From a virus (Duplodnaviria; Caudoviricetes), in the IMG/VR virus record IMGVR_UViG_3300030376_005909, positions 1-28,943 of that record: a stretch of DNA of 28,943 bases; one strand, given 5' to 3'. Below the pieces are notes generated by a model. That model ran no database searches. It saw nothing but the letters and a program-made list of their open reading frames with translations, and was not told the origin of the DNA. A program made the translations under genes and the position numbers. Below, piece by piece: positions 17,103 through 25,747 of this stretch. Position 1 is the first letter of the stretch. Each line of letters starts with the position of its first letter.

Positions 17103-18533
17103 TCAAAAATTCAACCCTATAGCCGTTCTTTTAGGCATTGCCTTATTATCAGGGACATCGCCAAATAAACCTAAATCATCTAGTAGTATGAAGTTTTCGT
17201 TGGCTGTATATGTGGCTGCATTTGCTAATGCTAAACTCATAACCATGTCGTCATGCGCCCCGATTCCTTCAAACTTACCCCGTTCAGTAATAGCAAACAT
17301 AGATAGTTCTTCAACTAAAATAGCAGTTACTCTTCTGCTCTCTTCATTACCGTAAGGAAAATTTAATTTGTTATTTTCAAGAGTCATTTGTAAATTAAGT
17401 ATAATCTCTTGCTTCTTTCTTCTAGTGGTATTAAAGTCATGTATGTTTAAATCTGCAACTTGTCTAAGTTCCTGTGTAAAAGATTTAGCAAAGGTATTGG
17501 TTTCAAAAAGAATTGCTTCTGGTCTGAATACTTGACCTATCATTTTTACCTTTTGTATATTCTCTCTGAACTGAACATTTTTTGCTCTATCAACATAAAT
17601 CACAGACTTATTTTCATCGGCATCCATTTCTATAACTGTAATAACATTGTAGTCCCCATCAGTAGATATAGCAGGGTCTACACCAACAAAATATTTGTAG
17701 CCTTCTCTTCTTAAAGGCTTCAATACTAAGTCTTTATTTTTAGCCGCATCTAAGTATTCAGGATTAAACAAAGAAGTTCCCGTTGAAATAGGCACACACA
17801 TATATTCTCTTGTAAACATCAAAGAACCTACTTCTGCCTTTCTAGCAATTAGTGCTTCATAATTCCAACGACTTGGCCAAAGTGGTTCATTAAGAGCATT
17901 GAGGCAGGGATAAGTATTAACCGTATAAGCAGGATTTTCTTCTAGTTGAGCATATATATCTGTATAACTAAAAGGAGTCCCAATGACTCTAAGAGAAGCA
18001 GTATGGTGAAGAGTAGGAATCATGTCACCATAAAACCAATCAGTAACCTTTTGAATACCAGTCATACTAAACTCTTTCAAAGGGTCATCAATAATAATTT
18101 CTTGAGGGTGAAGTCCACGAATCTGTGAACCTACGGAACGCTCTAAGATTTGATTTCCATTAGTCAATGTAATATTTCCAATAGCCCAACCCCTAAGCGG
18201 CTTGAACTTCTTAAGTAAGGGGTGAGCAAACATCTTATCAATGTCTCTCATGTGAACTAAAGTCTGCTTTTGGTTAGAAGAAATATACAGCATTTGGTAT
18301 GGAGGCTCCTCAAAAATTAATTTCCAAACTACCCATGAGTGCATAAATACAGATTTTCCGTGGTCTCTAGCACAAATGATAACAGTTCTCTGAGTATTGT
18401 TCATCAAATCATGCCATTCTTTTATGTAAGAAGGAAAGTCAAAGCCCAATACATTTTGAAAAAAATATGGAAATGAGTTTTTGGATAACCTCATATCCAT
18501 TTCATGCTCAAAATTATAGGCTTCTAATTCCAT
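17103..18533 (-). CDS. terL: Terminase large subunit
   Basis: Walker A ARDHGKS, Walker B IIIDD, VIGTP coupling motif, RNase H-like GVDP and HDDMVMS. Start ATG 18533 after AGGTGA. Confidence 0.92.
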   Translation of the reverse strand: MELEAYNFEHEMDMRLSKNSFPYFFQNVLGFDFPSYIKEWHDLMNNTQRTVIICARDHGKSVFMHSWVVWKLIFEEPPYQMLYISSNQKQTLVHMRDIDKMFAHPLLKKFKPLRGWAIGNITLTNGNQILERSVGSQIRGLHPQEIIIDDPLKEFSMTGIQKVTDWFYGDMIPTLHHTASLRVIGTPFSYTDIYAQLEENPAYTVNTYPCLNALNEPLWPSRWNYEALIARKAEVGSLMFTREYMCVPISTGTSLFNPEYLDAAKNKDLVLKPLRREGYKYFVGVDPAISTDGDYNVITVIEMDADENKSVIYVDRAKNVQFRENIQKVKMIGQVFRPEAILFETNTFAKSFTQELRQVADLNIHDFNTTRRKKQEIILNLQMTLENNKLNFPYGNEESRRVTAILVEELSMFAITERGKFEGIGAHDDMVMSLALANAATYTANENFILLDDLGLFGDVPDNKAMPKRTAIGLNF

Positions 18534-18538
18534 GCTAC

Positions 18539-19099
18539 TCACCTAATTTTAATTAAGTTAAACCAGTCACCCATAATATCATCAGGATAAGAACATTTAG
18601 CCATATCCTCTGCTCCTTTAACTGGACGAATAGCCATATTAGAACGAAAGCGAGAAAGCCAATCAGTTAATACTTCTTCAGGAATTAAAGTTTTATATTT
18701 TTCCCAATTAGGGTCGCCCACAAAAGCCCAACCATTATCTTTCGCATGTTGAATCCATCTAGCAGTATCGCCCTTTTTATCAGCCCTACCAAAAGCAGCA
18801 ACTAAAGGTTTAGATTGATTTATCTGCCGTTCTCTTGCTGATACTATTGCTTTGTATTGGCCCGCTGGTGCATTTTCTAATGCCTTAACTCCACCAACTG
18901 CTGTATGAGTAGGGTGTTCCTTCCAACCGCTAGCGGCTATTACTTTACCTTCATCATTTACACGAACTATCCATTTATCTAAAGCATAGCGACCCTCAAT
19001 CAAATCACTTTGTCTATTATAAGGCTCATCAGGATTATCAGCATCCCATTTTTCTTTCATGCCTTGATATGAAAAAATAGAAGGTAATACTTTAGACAT
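18539..19099 (-). CDS. Possible GNAT-fold protein with a C-terminal W-x-x-L-I-K motif
   Basis: Start ATG 19099 after GGTGA. WIVRVNDEGKVIAASG...AVGGVKA...AKDNGW resembles the GNAT strand order. Ends DWFNLIKIR. Confidence 0.5.
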   Translation of the reverse strand: MSKVLPSIFSYQGMKEKWDADNPDEPYNRQSDLIEGRYALDKWIVRVNDEGKVIAASGWKEHPTHTAVGGVKALENAPAGQYKAIVSARERQINQSKPLVAAFGRADKKGDTARWIQHAKDNGWAFVGDPNWEKYKTLIPEEVLTDWLSRFRSNMAIRPVKGAEDMAKCSYPDDIMGDWFNLIKIR

Positions 19100-19103
19100 A
19101 TAT

Positions 19104-21749
19104 TCACCTAAATAATGCTTTAATTTTATAAACATGCTCTGCACTAATGCCATGTTCTCTAGAAATATTTTTATGAGAATCAACTCCTTTAACAATTTGT
19201 TCTATTTCTAGATAACTTAAATCAATATTTTCATCGGTTTGCATTTTATTAATTACTTTAGTAATCCCATACTCATTCAAAGGATTATACCCATAAGTTA
19301 AGTCCATACCTAATTCGCTTCTAATTACATCATGTGCTTTTAATAACTTATGAAGCAACACAGGTAAATCCGTTTGAACATGTTCAAAAATATCTTTTAG
19401 TCTAGTGTAGGCTCTTTTTAATGCAGGAGTTTCAGTTAGTATTCCTTGATTCATATCTAACCAATGGGGCATAGCAAACATAGGAATGGCCTTTCTAGAA
19501 GTATAATCTTCGTGAAAATCCACAGACCTTTGCAAAATACTCTTCCCATCAAAATCATCTTTTTCTCTACTTAAATCTCCTATATCTTCCATATAATGAT
19601 GAATTAATGCAGCACAATAATTATTGTTTCTTTCTTCTTTACCAAAAATCCTAGTTAGTGACTGCGCTGCTTCTTCCCCATCAAGAATGAGCCCGTCATC
19701 AATTTCAACAGAAGGCATAAAAATATTATCTAAAAAGTCAGCAATAGTGTCTAGGTCTCCTATATTTATTTCTTTAGATGAACCTGCCGATAAAGTATCA
19801 TACGTTGCTGACATAACTGTTTCTAAACCTAAGTCAAGGGACATACTTTGCATTATTTTAGACCCTATACTTGAACCAAACGTAGGCATTTGAATAGGTA
19901 ACAACCCACTATATAGAGGGTCAAAATAATAGTCATTAGCGGAATCTAATAACTTCTGTAAAGACTCTTTAACTGATTCAAGTTCTGGTCGAAGTTTTCC
20001 TTTTTGATTCATGGACAAAGGATTAGCACTTACTCCTTCCATACTAGTCCCTCTTTTCTCTCTCCAATCCATCTCGCTACCCCTGCTACTTCCTTTAGAA
20101 GAGCGGGCTTTAACTTCAAACTGAAACTCTTCATCACTTAATAGAATATGTAAGTCACTAAAGAAATCTTTAATAGTGCTCATAACACCTACATCAATGT
20201 CTTTATTTCTGCTCATAGATTTAAATTTATCAGTAGAATACATCTTACTAAATTCTGAATTTGTCATTACTGAAATAGGTAAGGGCATTTTCGCACTAAA
20301 GGACTCGTCCACACCTACGTCGCCTTCATCTAATACAAGAGTATCTTCCATTTCATCAAACCACCTATCAATATCAGTGGTGGTATCTAATGAAACGCCT
20401 TGACCTTCATCTAAAACATCTTCTAATTCCTCTAAAACCTTTAATAGTTGCAATTCCATTTCCTTTGATATAGAAACCAATTTATCCCCCTTATTAATTT
20501 CATACATTAATAGTGGGTCAGCCGCACTTAGTATTGCTTCATAATTCTGTTCCCAAACAAACTCTTCTGTTTCTATTCCTTCTAAGATACTTGCTCCCTC
20601 AGTAGAACTGTTTCCTAAATTAGACATCATTTCAGCGGCTAATCGAGAATTAACATCTCCATAGTCACTTTCAGAATGCTCTTCTTCTTCCATAAAATTA
20701 TAATTATCCTTATCAAATAGCCTCTCTGCTGCTATCTTAGCAGCAATTATATTGAAAAATCTATGATGAGCATCTAAGAACCTACCTTCAACATTTTCAA
20801 ATAAGGCAATGTATTCTAAGTTTTCTTGGGCTACCTTAGAATAAAGTTTATCAAAAGTATCTAATATGTTTTCAGGTAGTTTACTTCTTTTAATACTTAA
20901 GAAAAACTCAGCAAGATTATCTTCAAAGATATCATATAAGTCTCCTACTTCTGCCCAATAATTATATATTTCAATTCTATTTTTCTTCTTAGAAACATCA
21001 ATTGCCCCTAAATATTTATTGACTGGAAATTTATTTTTTAATTCAACTTCTTCAGATACCCTCAACTTATTTTCAAGAGTTTGTTTAATTTTATCATAGT
21101 TGAATTTAAATGCTTCAGGACTTGCAGTAGATTTCAAATCCTCCTGTAACTGTTCGTTTTTTAAGTTTTCAGGAAGCGGGTTTCGTATATCTAATTTACC
21201 TTTAATCTTAGTCGAATATAAATCATCACCGTCCATAAGATTTCCATCTACATAAATATTCATATCTAATAAAGGCTCAGTTACCCTTCTTTTGTAATTT
21301 GCTAAATCTGATGTATCCTTTCCTGCTATTTTTACACTTGCTTTGATGTATGCTCTTGCTGCAATTATTTCTGCTGCTATATCATCATAGGCTTCTTGTT
21401 GAAGTTTTTTCATTCTAAGAGTTTCTACTGGGAGAATTTCTAATCTAAGTCTTTCTCTTTCTTTTACTTTGGAGGCTTCTATTTCTTTAACTTTATCTTC
21501 AATTTGTTTTTCAGATAAATTTTTTGAGTCTTTAGTCCTTTTTATTTCTTTATTTTTTTCTTTATCAAAAGAAATAACTTCTTCTTCAACTAACCTATCT
21601 ACTTCTTTATCTGAAACAACTAATTTTCTAGCAGCAGACTCTAGTTCATCTCTATACCTTGAAATTTCTCTATTTATTTTGGCTTTCTTTTGAAGTCCTC
21701 TAAGGCTAGCGATTTCATCTATTGCGTCTTTACTTAATTTAAATGCCAT
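19104..21749 (-). CDS. Large acidic protein with a C-terminal HTH-like motif
   Basis: About 881 aa from ATG 21749 (GGTGA RBS). C-terminus DSHKNISREHGISAEHVYKIK follows LLKAH. Confidence 0.75.
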   Translation of the reverse strand: MAFKLSKDAIDEIASLRGLQKKAKINREISRYRDELESAARKLVVSDKEVDRLVEEEVISFDKEKNKEIKRTKDSKNLSEKQIEDKVKEIEASKVKERERLRLEILPVETLRMKKLQQEAYDDIAAEIIAARAYIKASVKIAGKDTSDLANYKRRVTEPLLDMNIYVDGNLMDGDDLYSTKIKGKLDIRNPLPENLKNEQLQEDLKSTASPEAFKFNYDKIKQTLENKLRVSEEVELKNKFPVNKYLGAIDVSKKKNRIEIYNYWAEVGDLYDIFEDNLAEFFLSIKRSKLPENILDTFDKLYSKVAQENLEYIALFENVEGRFLDAHHRFFNIIAAKIAAERLFDKDNYNFMEEEEHSESDYGDVNSRLAAEMMSNLGNSSTEGASILEGIETEEFVWEQNYEAILSAADPLLMYEINKGDKLVSISKEMELQLLKVLEELEDVLDEGQGVSLDTTTDIDRWFDEMEDTLVLDEGDVGVDESFSAKMPLPISVMTNSEFSKMYSTDKFKSMSRNKDIDVGVMSTIKDFFSDLHILLSDEEFQFEVKARSSKGSSRGSEMDWREKRGTSMEGVSANPLSMNQKGKLRPELESVKESLQKLLDSANDYYFDPLYSGLLPIQMPTFGSSIGSKIMQSMSLDLGLETVMSATYDTLSAGSSKEINIGDLDTIADFLDNIFMPSVEIDDGLILDGEEAAQSLTRIFGKEERNNNYCAALIHHYMEDIGDLSREKDDFDGKSILQRSVDFHEDYTSRKAIPMFAMPHWLDMNQGILTETPALKRAYTRLKDIFEHVQTDLPVLLHKLLKAHDVIRSELGMDLTYGYNPLNEYGITKVINKMQTDENIDLSYLEIEQIVKGVDSHKNISREHGISAEHVYKIKALFR

Positions 21750-21750
21750 A

Positions 21751-24045
21751 TTATTCACCTACTCTTAGAAGTCCATATTTTTCTACAAATTGCTTTTTAG
21801 CATTTATTATTTGATTGGGAGGGAAATTATAGGGTTTAGTTGCGAACTCTTCTAGTTTTATTCTAAATGCACCAACAGTTTCTTTTTTCATTTTATCTAT
21901 CAATGAAGGCATATTATCGTCTAATTGCCCCGCTACTTTAATTGCATTGTCTGAATCGGGGTCTTTGTCTATTGTCTTAAATGCTTCCCTTACTTCGCCA
22001 TTAGAAGTCAAATCAGCCATCTGAGAAAAGAAACTTAAACTTCTTTCAGGAGTAATTTGGTCTAATGCTGCTGCTGAATTCTCTATCTTTTCAACTAATT
22101 TAGTAAGGCCACCTTCATCTTTTAATTTTTTAGCCATACTTAGAACATACTTAGCAAAGGTGCTGCTATCAAGAAGCCCCTGCCTTAAAGATTGAGTCTT
22201 CTCTCCAATGTCTTTAGGACTTATTCCTGACTCCATTCTTTCTTTTATTTCATTAATTAATCTTTCAAGTTTCTCAACTCTTTTAGTGCCTATTTCTTTT
22301 CCTTCTTTGGGCAAGGTCGCAAGTTTCTTTTTTGCTGCTATAAGTTCTTTTTCTTTGGTTTCAAGTTCTTTCTGTCCTCTTTCTTTACGCCCCGATGCTT
22401 CAGGAGTAGTTACTTTTAATTTTCGTCCGGTGTTCTCGTCTTGCCATTTATAAGCAGATTCAGGAGTTAATCCATCACCATCAAGAGTTACTTTAGCATA
22501 GTTAGCCCTTTCTTTTCCTTTATCGTAACGAGTAATAATTGAACCTTTTTCATCTCTTTTTACATTACCTTCACTATCTATGTCATTTATAGTTTCTCCA
22601 GTTGGAAAACCATCTCTAAAATATTCTATTTCTAGTTCATCTTCAGGATATTCTTCTTTGTCTAATTGAGAATAAAATTCTTCAAAGTCTGCCGCTTCTT
22701 TAATAGTGAAATTCCCTTTTAAATATTGCAATTGACCGGCTTGTAGTTCATCTTTAGCCCTTGACAACTGGTTTCCTAAATTATAATTAGTATCAATAAT
22801 TTCAATAATTTTAGACTTAACTGAACTATCAGATGAAGTTCTAAAATCACCCATGATATTATTAATAATGTTTTTCATAGAATCAATTTGACCTTCTCTA
22901 AAATAGTCACTTTTCTCGCCGGTTTTCATAGAAACATAAATATCATTAATAATTTTTGTTTGGGCGTCTTTATTACTTAGCATTTGGGTCTTTCTTAGAG
23001 TATCAAAGAAGGTTTTGAACCAAGTTTCTCCGCCATAATCTCCTAGTAGAATTAATTCACTATAAGGATTCAAATTCATAGAATTAGGGCTACTTTTTTC
23101 CAAGAAAAGAACCTTAGCAGTATCAGCAGTATTAGGATATTTCTTTGGCCTAAAGGCTCTTACACTTCCTGTAATATTATCAACTGCTTTTATGTATTTT
23201 ATTACAGAACTCTCATCAAAAGGCTCAACAACTGATAATTTAATGTTTGAAGCAATAAATAATTTTCCTTGAGCAACTAAATCATCCGCATCAATAACAT
23301 TTCCTCCAGCATGTAACTTCCATTTAGAATTTTTTAGGTTTTTATTGTAAAATTCTTTAATTTCTTTCTTTTCTGCTACTATTTCAGGTGTATCTAAAAT
23401 TGCCCCAGTTTTTTTATCTATTTTAGGGTTTAATGCTTGAATAAAATCATTTTCGGAAGTATAATCTACTAAAATTATGTCTCCTTTGGCCTCTCCGCCA
23501 ATTAATTTGGCAAATTGCCCTATGAGTTTGGAATTTTCAGGTAGACCTTCAAAGGAAAGGTAAGGTTTGTCTGCTTTTAGCCGCAAAATCTCTAATTTAG
23601 TTCTTAAATCTTTATTTGTTCTAAGTGTTCTCTCACTTAAATGACCTTTTTCATCAATTTCTTGTAAAATTTCCTCAACTAACTGATTATTTCCTTTAGT
23701 TTTGGCTTCAAGCCCTTCTTCTACTTTTGCTTTCACATCAGCCGTAGTCATAAAAGTTAAAGCGTCTTTAAGTTTAGTAATATTTTCTTCAATTTGACTT
23801 AATTCTAAATCAGCAACAGGACTATTTGAGTAAGGAGCAATAATATCTTCTAATGGAGGATTGCCTCCTTCAATACTTATTAAAAGACCCTTTAAATAAT
23901 TGAATTTTTTCTTAATTTTATCGTCAGTTAAGTCTGCTTCTTCAATTCTTTTAATGAGTCTCGCTGTGCTTGCTGCATTGACTATAGTAATAGCAAAAAA
24001 ACTCTTCTCTTGAGGAATAGCCTTCAATACAGTTTGCCAAAGCAC
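21751..24045 (-). CDS. Large hypothetical protein with N-terminal W-x-x-V-L-K tag
   Basis: 764 aa, GTG start overlapping the upstream TAG, begins MLWQTVLKA. Confidence 0.75.
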   Translation of the reverse strand: MLWQTVLKAIPQEKSFFAITIVNAASTARLIKRIEEADLTDDKIKKKFNYLKGLLISIEGGNPPLEDIIAPYSNSPVADLELSQIEENITKLKDALTFMTTADVKAKVEEGLEAKTKGNNQLVEEILQEIDEKGHLSERTLRTNKDLRTKLEILRLKADKPYLSFEGLPENSKLIGQFAKLIGGEAKGDIILVDYTSENDFIQALNPKIDKKTGAILDTPEIVAEKKEIKEFYNKNLKNSKWKLHAGGNVIDADDLVAQGKLFIASNIKLSVVEPFDESSVIKYIKAVDNITGSVRAFRPKKYPNTADTAKVLFLEKSSPNSMNLNPYSELILLGDYGGETWFKTFFDTLRKTQMLSNKDAQTKIINDIYVSMKTGEKSDYFREGQIDSMKNIINNIMGDFRTSSDSSVKSKIIEIIDTNYNLGNQLSRAKDELQAGQLQYLKGNFTIKEAADFEEFYSQLDKEEYPEDELEIEYFRDGFPTGETINDIDSEGNVKRDEKGSIITRYDKGKERANYAKVTLDGDGLTPESAYKWQDENTGRKLKVTTPEASGRKERGQKELETKEKELIAAKKKLATLPKEGKEIGTKRVEKLERLINEIKERMESGISPKDIGEKTQSLRQGLLDSSTFAKYVLSMAKKLKDEGGLTKLVEKIENSAAALDQITPERSLSFFSQMADLTSNGEVREAFKTIDKDPDSDNAIKVAGQLDDNMPSLIDKMKKETVGAFRIKLEEFATKPYNFPPNQIINAKKQFVEKYGLLRVGE

Positions 24046-24311
24046 TAAGATTCCACCTTTAAAATAGTTAAAATTATCTTGAACATACCTATTCTTTGCT
24101 TTTCTGTGGCTGACATGCCTGACTCTAGTAATGTTTTAATCGTTTCTTTAGCATCAGAATTAGATAAAGAATTAAATTTATTCTTTAAAGATTTAAGACC
24201 ATCAGGAATAGGTGTGTCCTTCCACCTTTCATAATCAAATTCTCCTAATAGGACTTCGCTGAGTGCTTTCCACTCTTCCTTTTCTGTTTTAAGAATACTT
24301 TGCCAACTCAT
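24045..24311 (-). CDS. Cassette gene 5, tagged small protein
   Basis: 88 aa, MSWQSILKT, start codon inside repeat 24303-24331. Confidence 0.75.
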   Translation of the reverse strand: MSWQSILKTEKEEWKALSEVLLGEFDYERWKDTPIPDGLKSLKNKFNSLSNSDAKETIKTLLESGMSATEKQRIGMFKIILTILKVES

Positions 24312-24328
24312 TGTAATCTCTCCTGCAT

Positions 24329-24733
24329 TTACCTATACTGTTCCCATGATTCTATTTCCTTAATAGCCTCTGCTATTGAATTAACCTCGTCGCCCATTTC
24401 ATTACTATCCTCGTTTTGAGGATAATATCTATATAGTATCTTGTCGGCCATATTGTTTACTTTAGTTTCATTATTGACATGCCTTTCAATTTCTGCTTGC
24501 ACTTGCTCAGGGCTTTTATTTTTCCAAGTTGTGTCAAAATCAACATATTCATCATCATTTTGGTATTCGTCTAAATCTCGAACAATAACATCTCCGTTAC
24601 TAACAATACCAACATCAATAACAACTTTTATGGAGTCATCTGTTGTTCTATCTCCAAACCCATAAGGGAAATACTCTCCATCGCTACCATAGGTTTCACT
24701 CCTATAATTTTTTAATATTTCTTTCCAACTCAT
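24329..24733 (-). CDS. Cassette gene 4, acidic tagged protein (paralog of 25110-25493)
   Basis: 134 aa, MSWKEILKN, contains DGEYFPYGFG. Confidence 0.78.
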   Translation of the reverse strand: MSWKEILKNYRSETYGSDGEYFPYGFGDRTTDDSIKVVIDVGIVSNGDVIVRDLDEYQNDDEYVDFDTTWKNKSPEQVQAEIERHVNNETKVNNMADKILYRYYPQNEDSNEMGDEVNSIAEAIKEIESWEQYR

Positions 24734-24750
24734 TGTAATTTCTCCTGCAT

Positions 24751-25104
24751 TTACAAATCAAATATACTCGGTTGGTTAGGGTCTATATTCGGTCTTTGTT
24801 TAGGTTTCTTTAGACGAGACAATGGCTCTTTTCTTTTTCTTTTAAGAGAAGGTTGTTCATTAAAGAATTTTTCAAAAGCAACAATATCTAAAAATCTCTC
24901 ATAGTTGTTTTCATCTAAATCTTCGGGTTTAATCTCCCCGAAGTTTGTAAGGTCGGCTAATTCATGAGACTGTTCATAAATAATAGCCTTTCCACTTTCT
25001 TGGCCCACTCTTTTATTGCTCATATTTTTAATTTCTTCTTTTCTTTTGTCAATATCCTGTCTAACCTTTTCGGAATATCCTTTCAATATATCTTGCCAAC
25101 TCAT
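24751..25104 (-). CDS. Cassette gene 3, tagged small protein
   Basis: Start ATG 25104 inside the repeat gives MSWQDILKG. Confidence 0.75.
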   Translation of the reverse strand: MSWQDILKGYSEKVRQDIDKRKEEIKNMSNKRVGQESGKAIIYEQSHELADLTNFGEIKPEDLDENNYERFLDIVAFEKFFNEQPSLKRKRKEPLSRLKKPKQRPNIDPNQPSIFDL

Positions 25105-25109
25105 TGTAA

Positions 25110-25493
25110 TCACTTCCATTCTTTTACTGCTGAAATTGCTTGTTGTAATGTATATTCTTGGTGGCCTGAACCAAGACTATCTTCACCATCTTGATATGGT
25201 TGAAATACTACGGTAACAATGTCAAATTTATCCCACATAGATTCTATCTCATCTTTAACTTCTTGTTCAATTGACTCAATAGGTTTTCCAGTATTCCAGT
25301 TACCTTTCCAATTTTTACTTCCCGCCCCATCCATAACCTCAAACATTTGGCCGTTTGCGTAAACCCCAACATATCTTGTTATTTCTTCTTCATCATCATC
25401 ATCGCTATTTCCAAAGTATTGAGGGAAATAGTGTCCATCACCGGCATAATATTCAGAAGGTGCATCATATTTAATTATATCTTTCCAACTCAT
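25110..25493 (-). CDS. Cassette gene 2, acidic tagged protein (paralog of 24329-24733)
   Basis: 127 aa, MSWKDIIKY, contains DGHYFPQYFG. Confidence 0.78.
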   Translation of the reverse strand: MSWKDIIKYDAPSEYYAGDGHYFPQYFGNSDDDDEEEITRYVGVYANGQMFEVMDGAGSKNWKGNWNTGKPIESIEQEVKDEIESMWDKFDIVTVVFQPYQDGEDSLGSGHQEYTLQQAISAVKEWK

Positions 25494-25747
25494 TGTAATT
25501 CCTCCTGCATCTCTTTAATTGATTCTTCTAAAACATCAAGGAATTTTTTTATTCTTTCGTTGCGATAGGCAGGGTCTTTTTGTTGAAGTAATTTAATCAT
25601 CTCAATACCTGCTTTCATATCTCTAATGCGCTCAGGAATATTGTGTTTTGCTTTCCTTTTTTGTTTTCGCCTTTCATTCAGTTTACCCATATTTCTATTC
25701 GCCCTGCGAGCCTCCCTAGAAGGGTATCTTTTGTTAATATCAGTCAT
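25490..25747 (-). CDS. Cassette gene 1, basic small protein without the tag
   Basis: 85 aa, R/K-rich, ends MQEELQ* through the repeat, ATGA overlaps at both ends. Confidence 0.7.
   Translation of the reverse strand: MTDINKRYPSREARRANRNMGKLNERRKQKRKAKHNIPERIRDMKAGIEMIKLLQQKDPAYRNERIKKFLDVLEESIKEMQEELQ

Noticed and set aside
15483-18533. LAGLIDADG as an intein or intron of the terminase
   Set aside because: terL is complete and uninterrupted with its own stop codon. The LAGLIDADG ORF has its own RBS and no splicing motifs.
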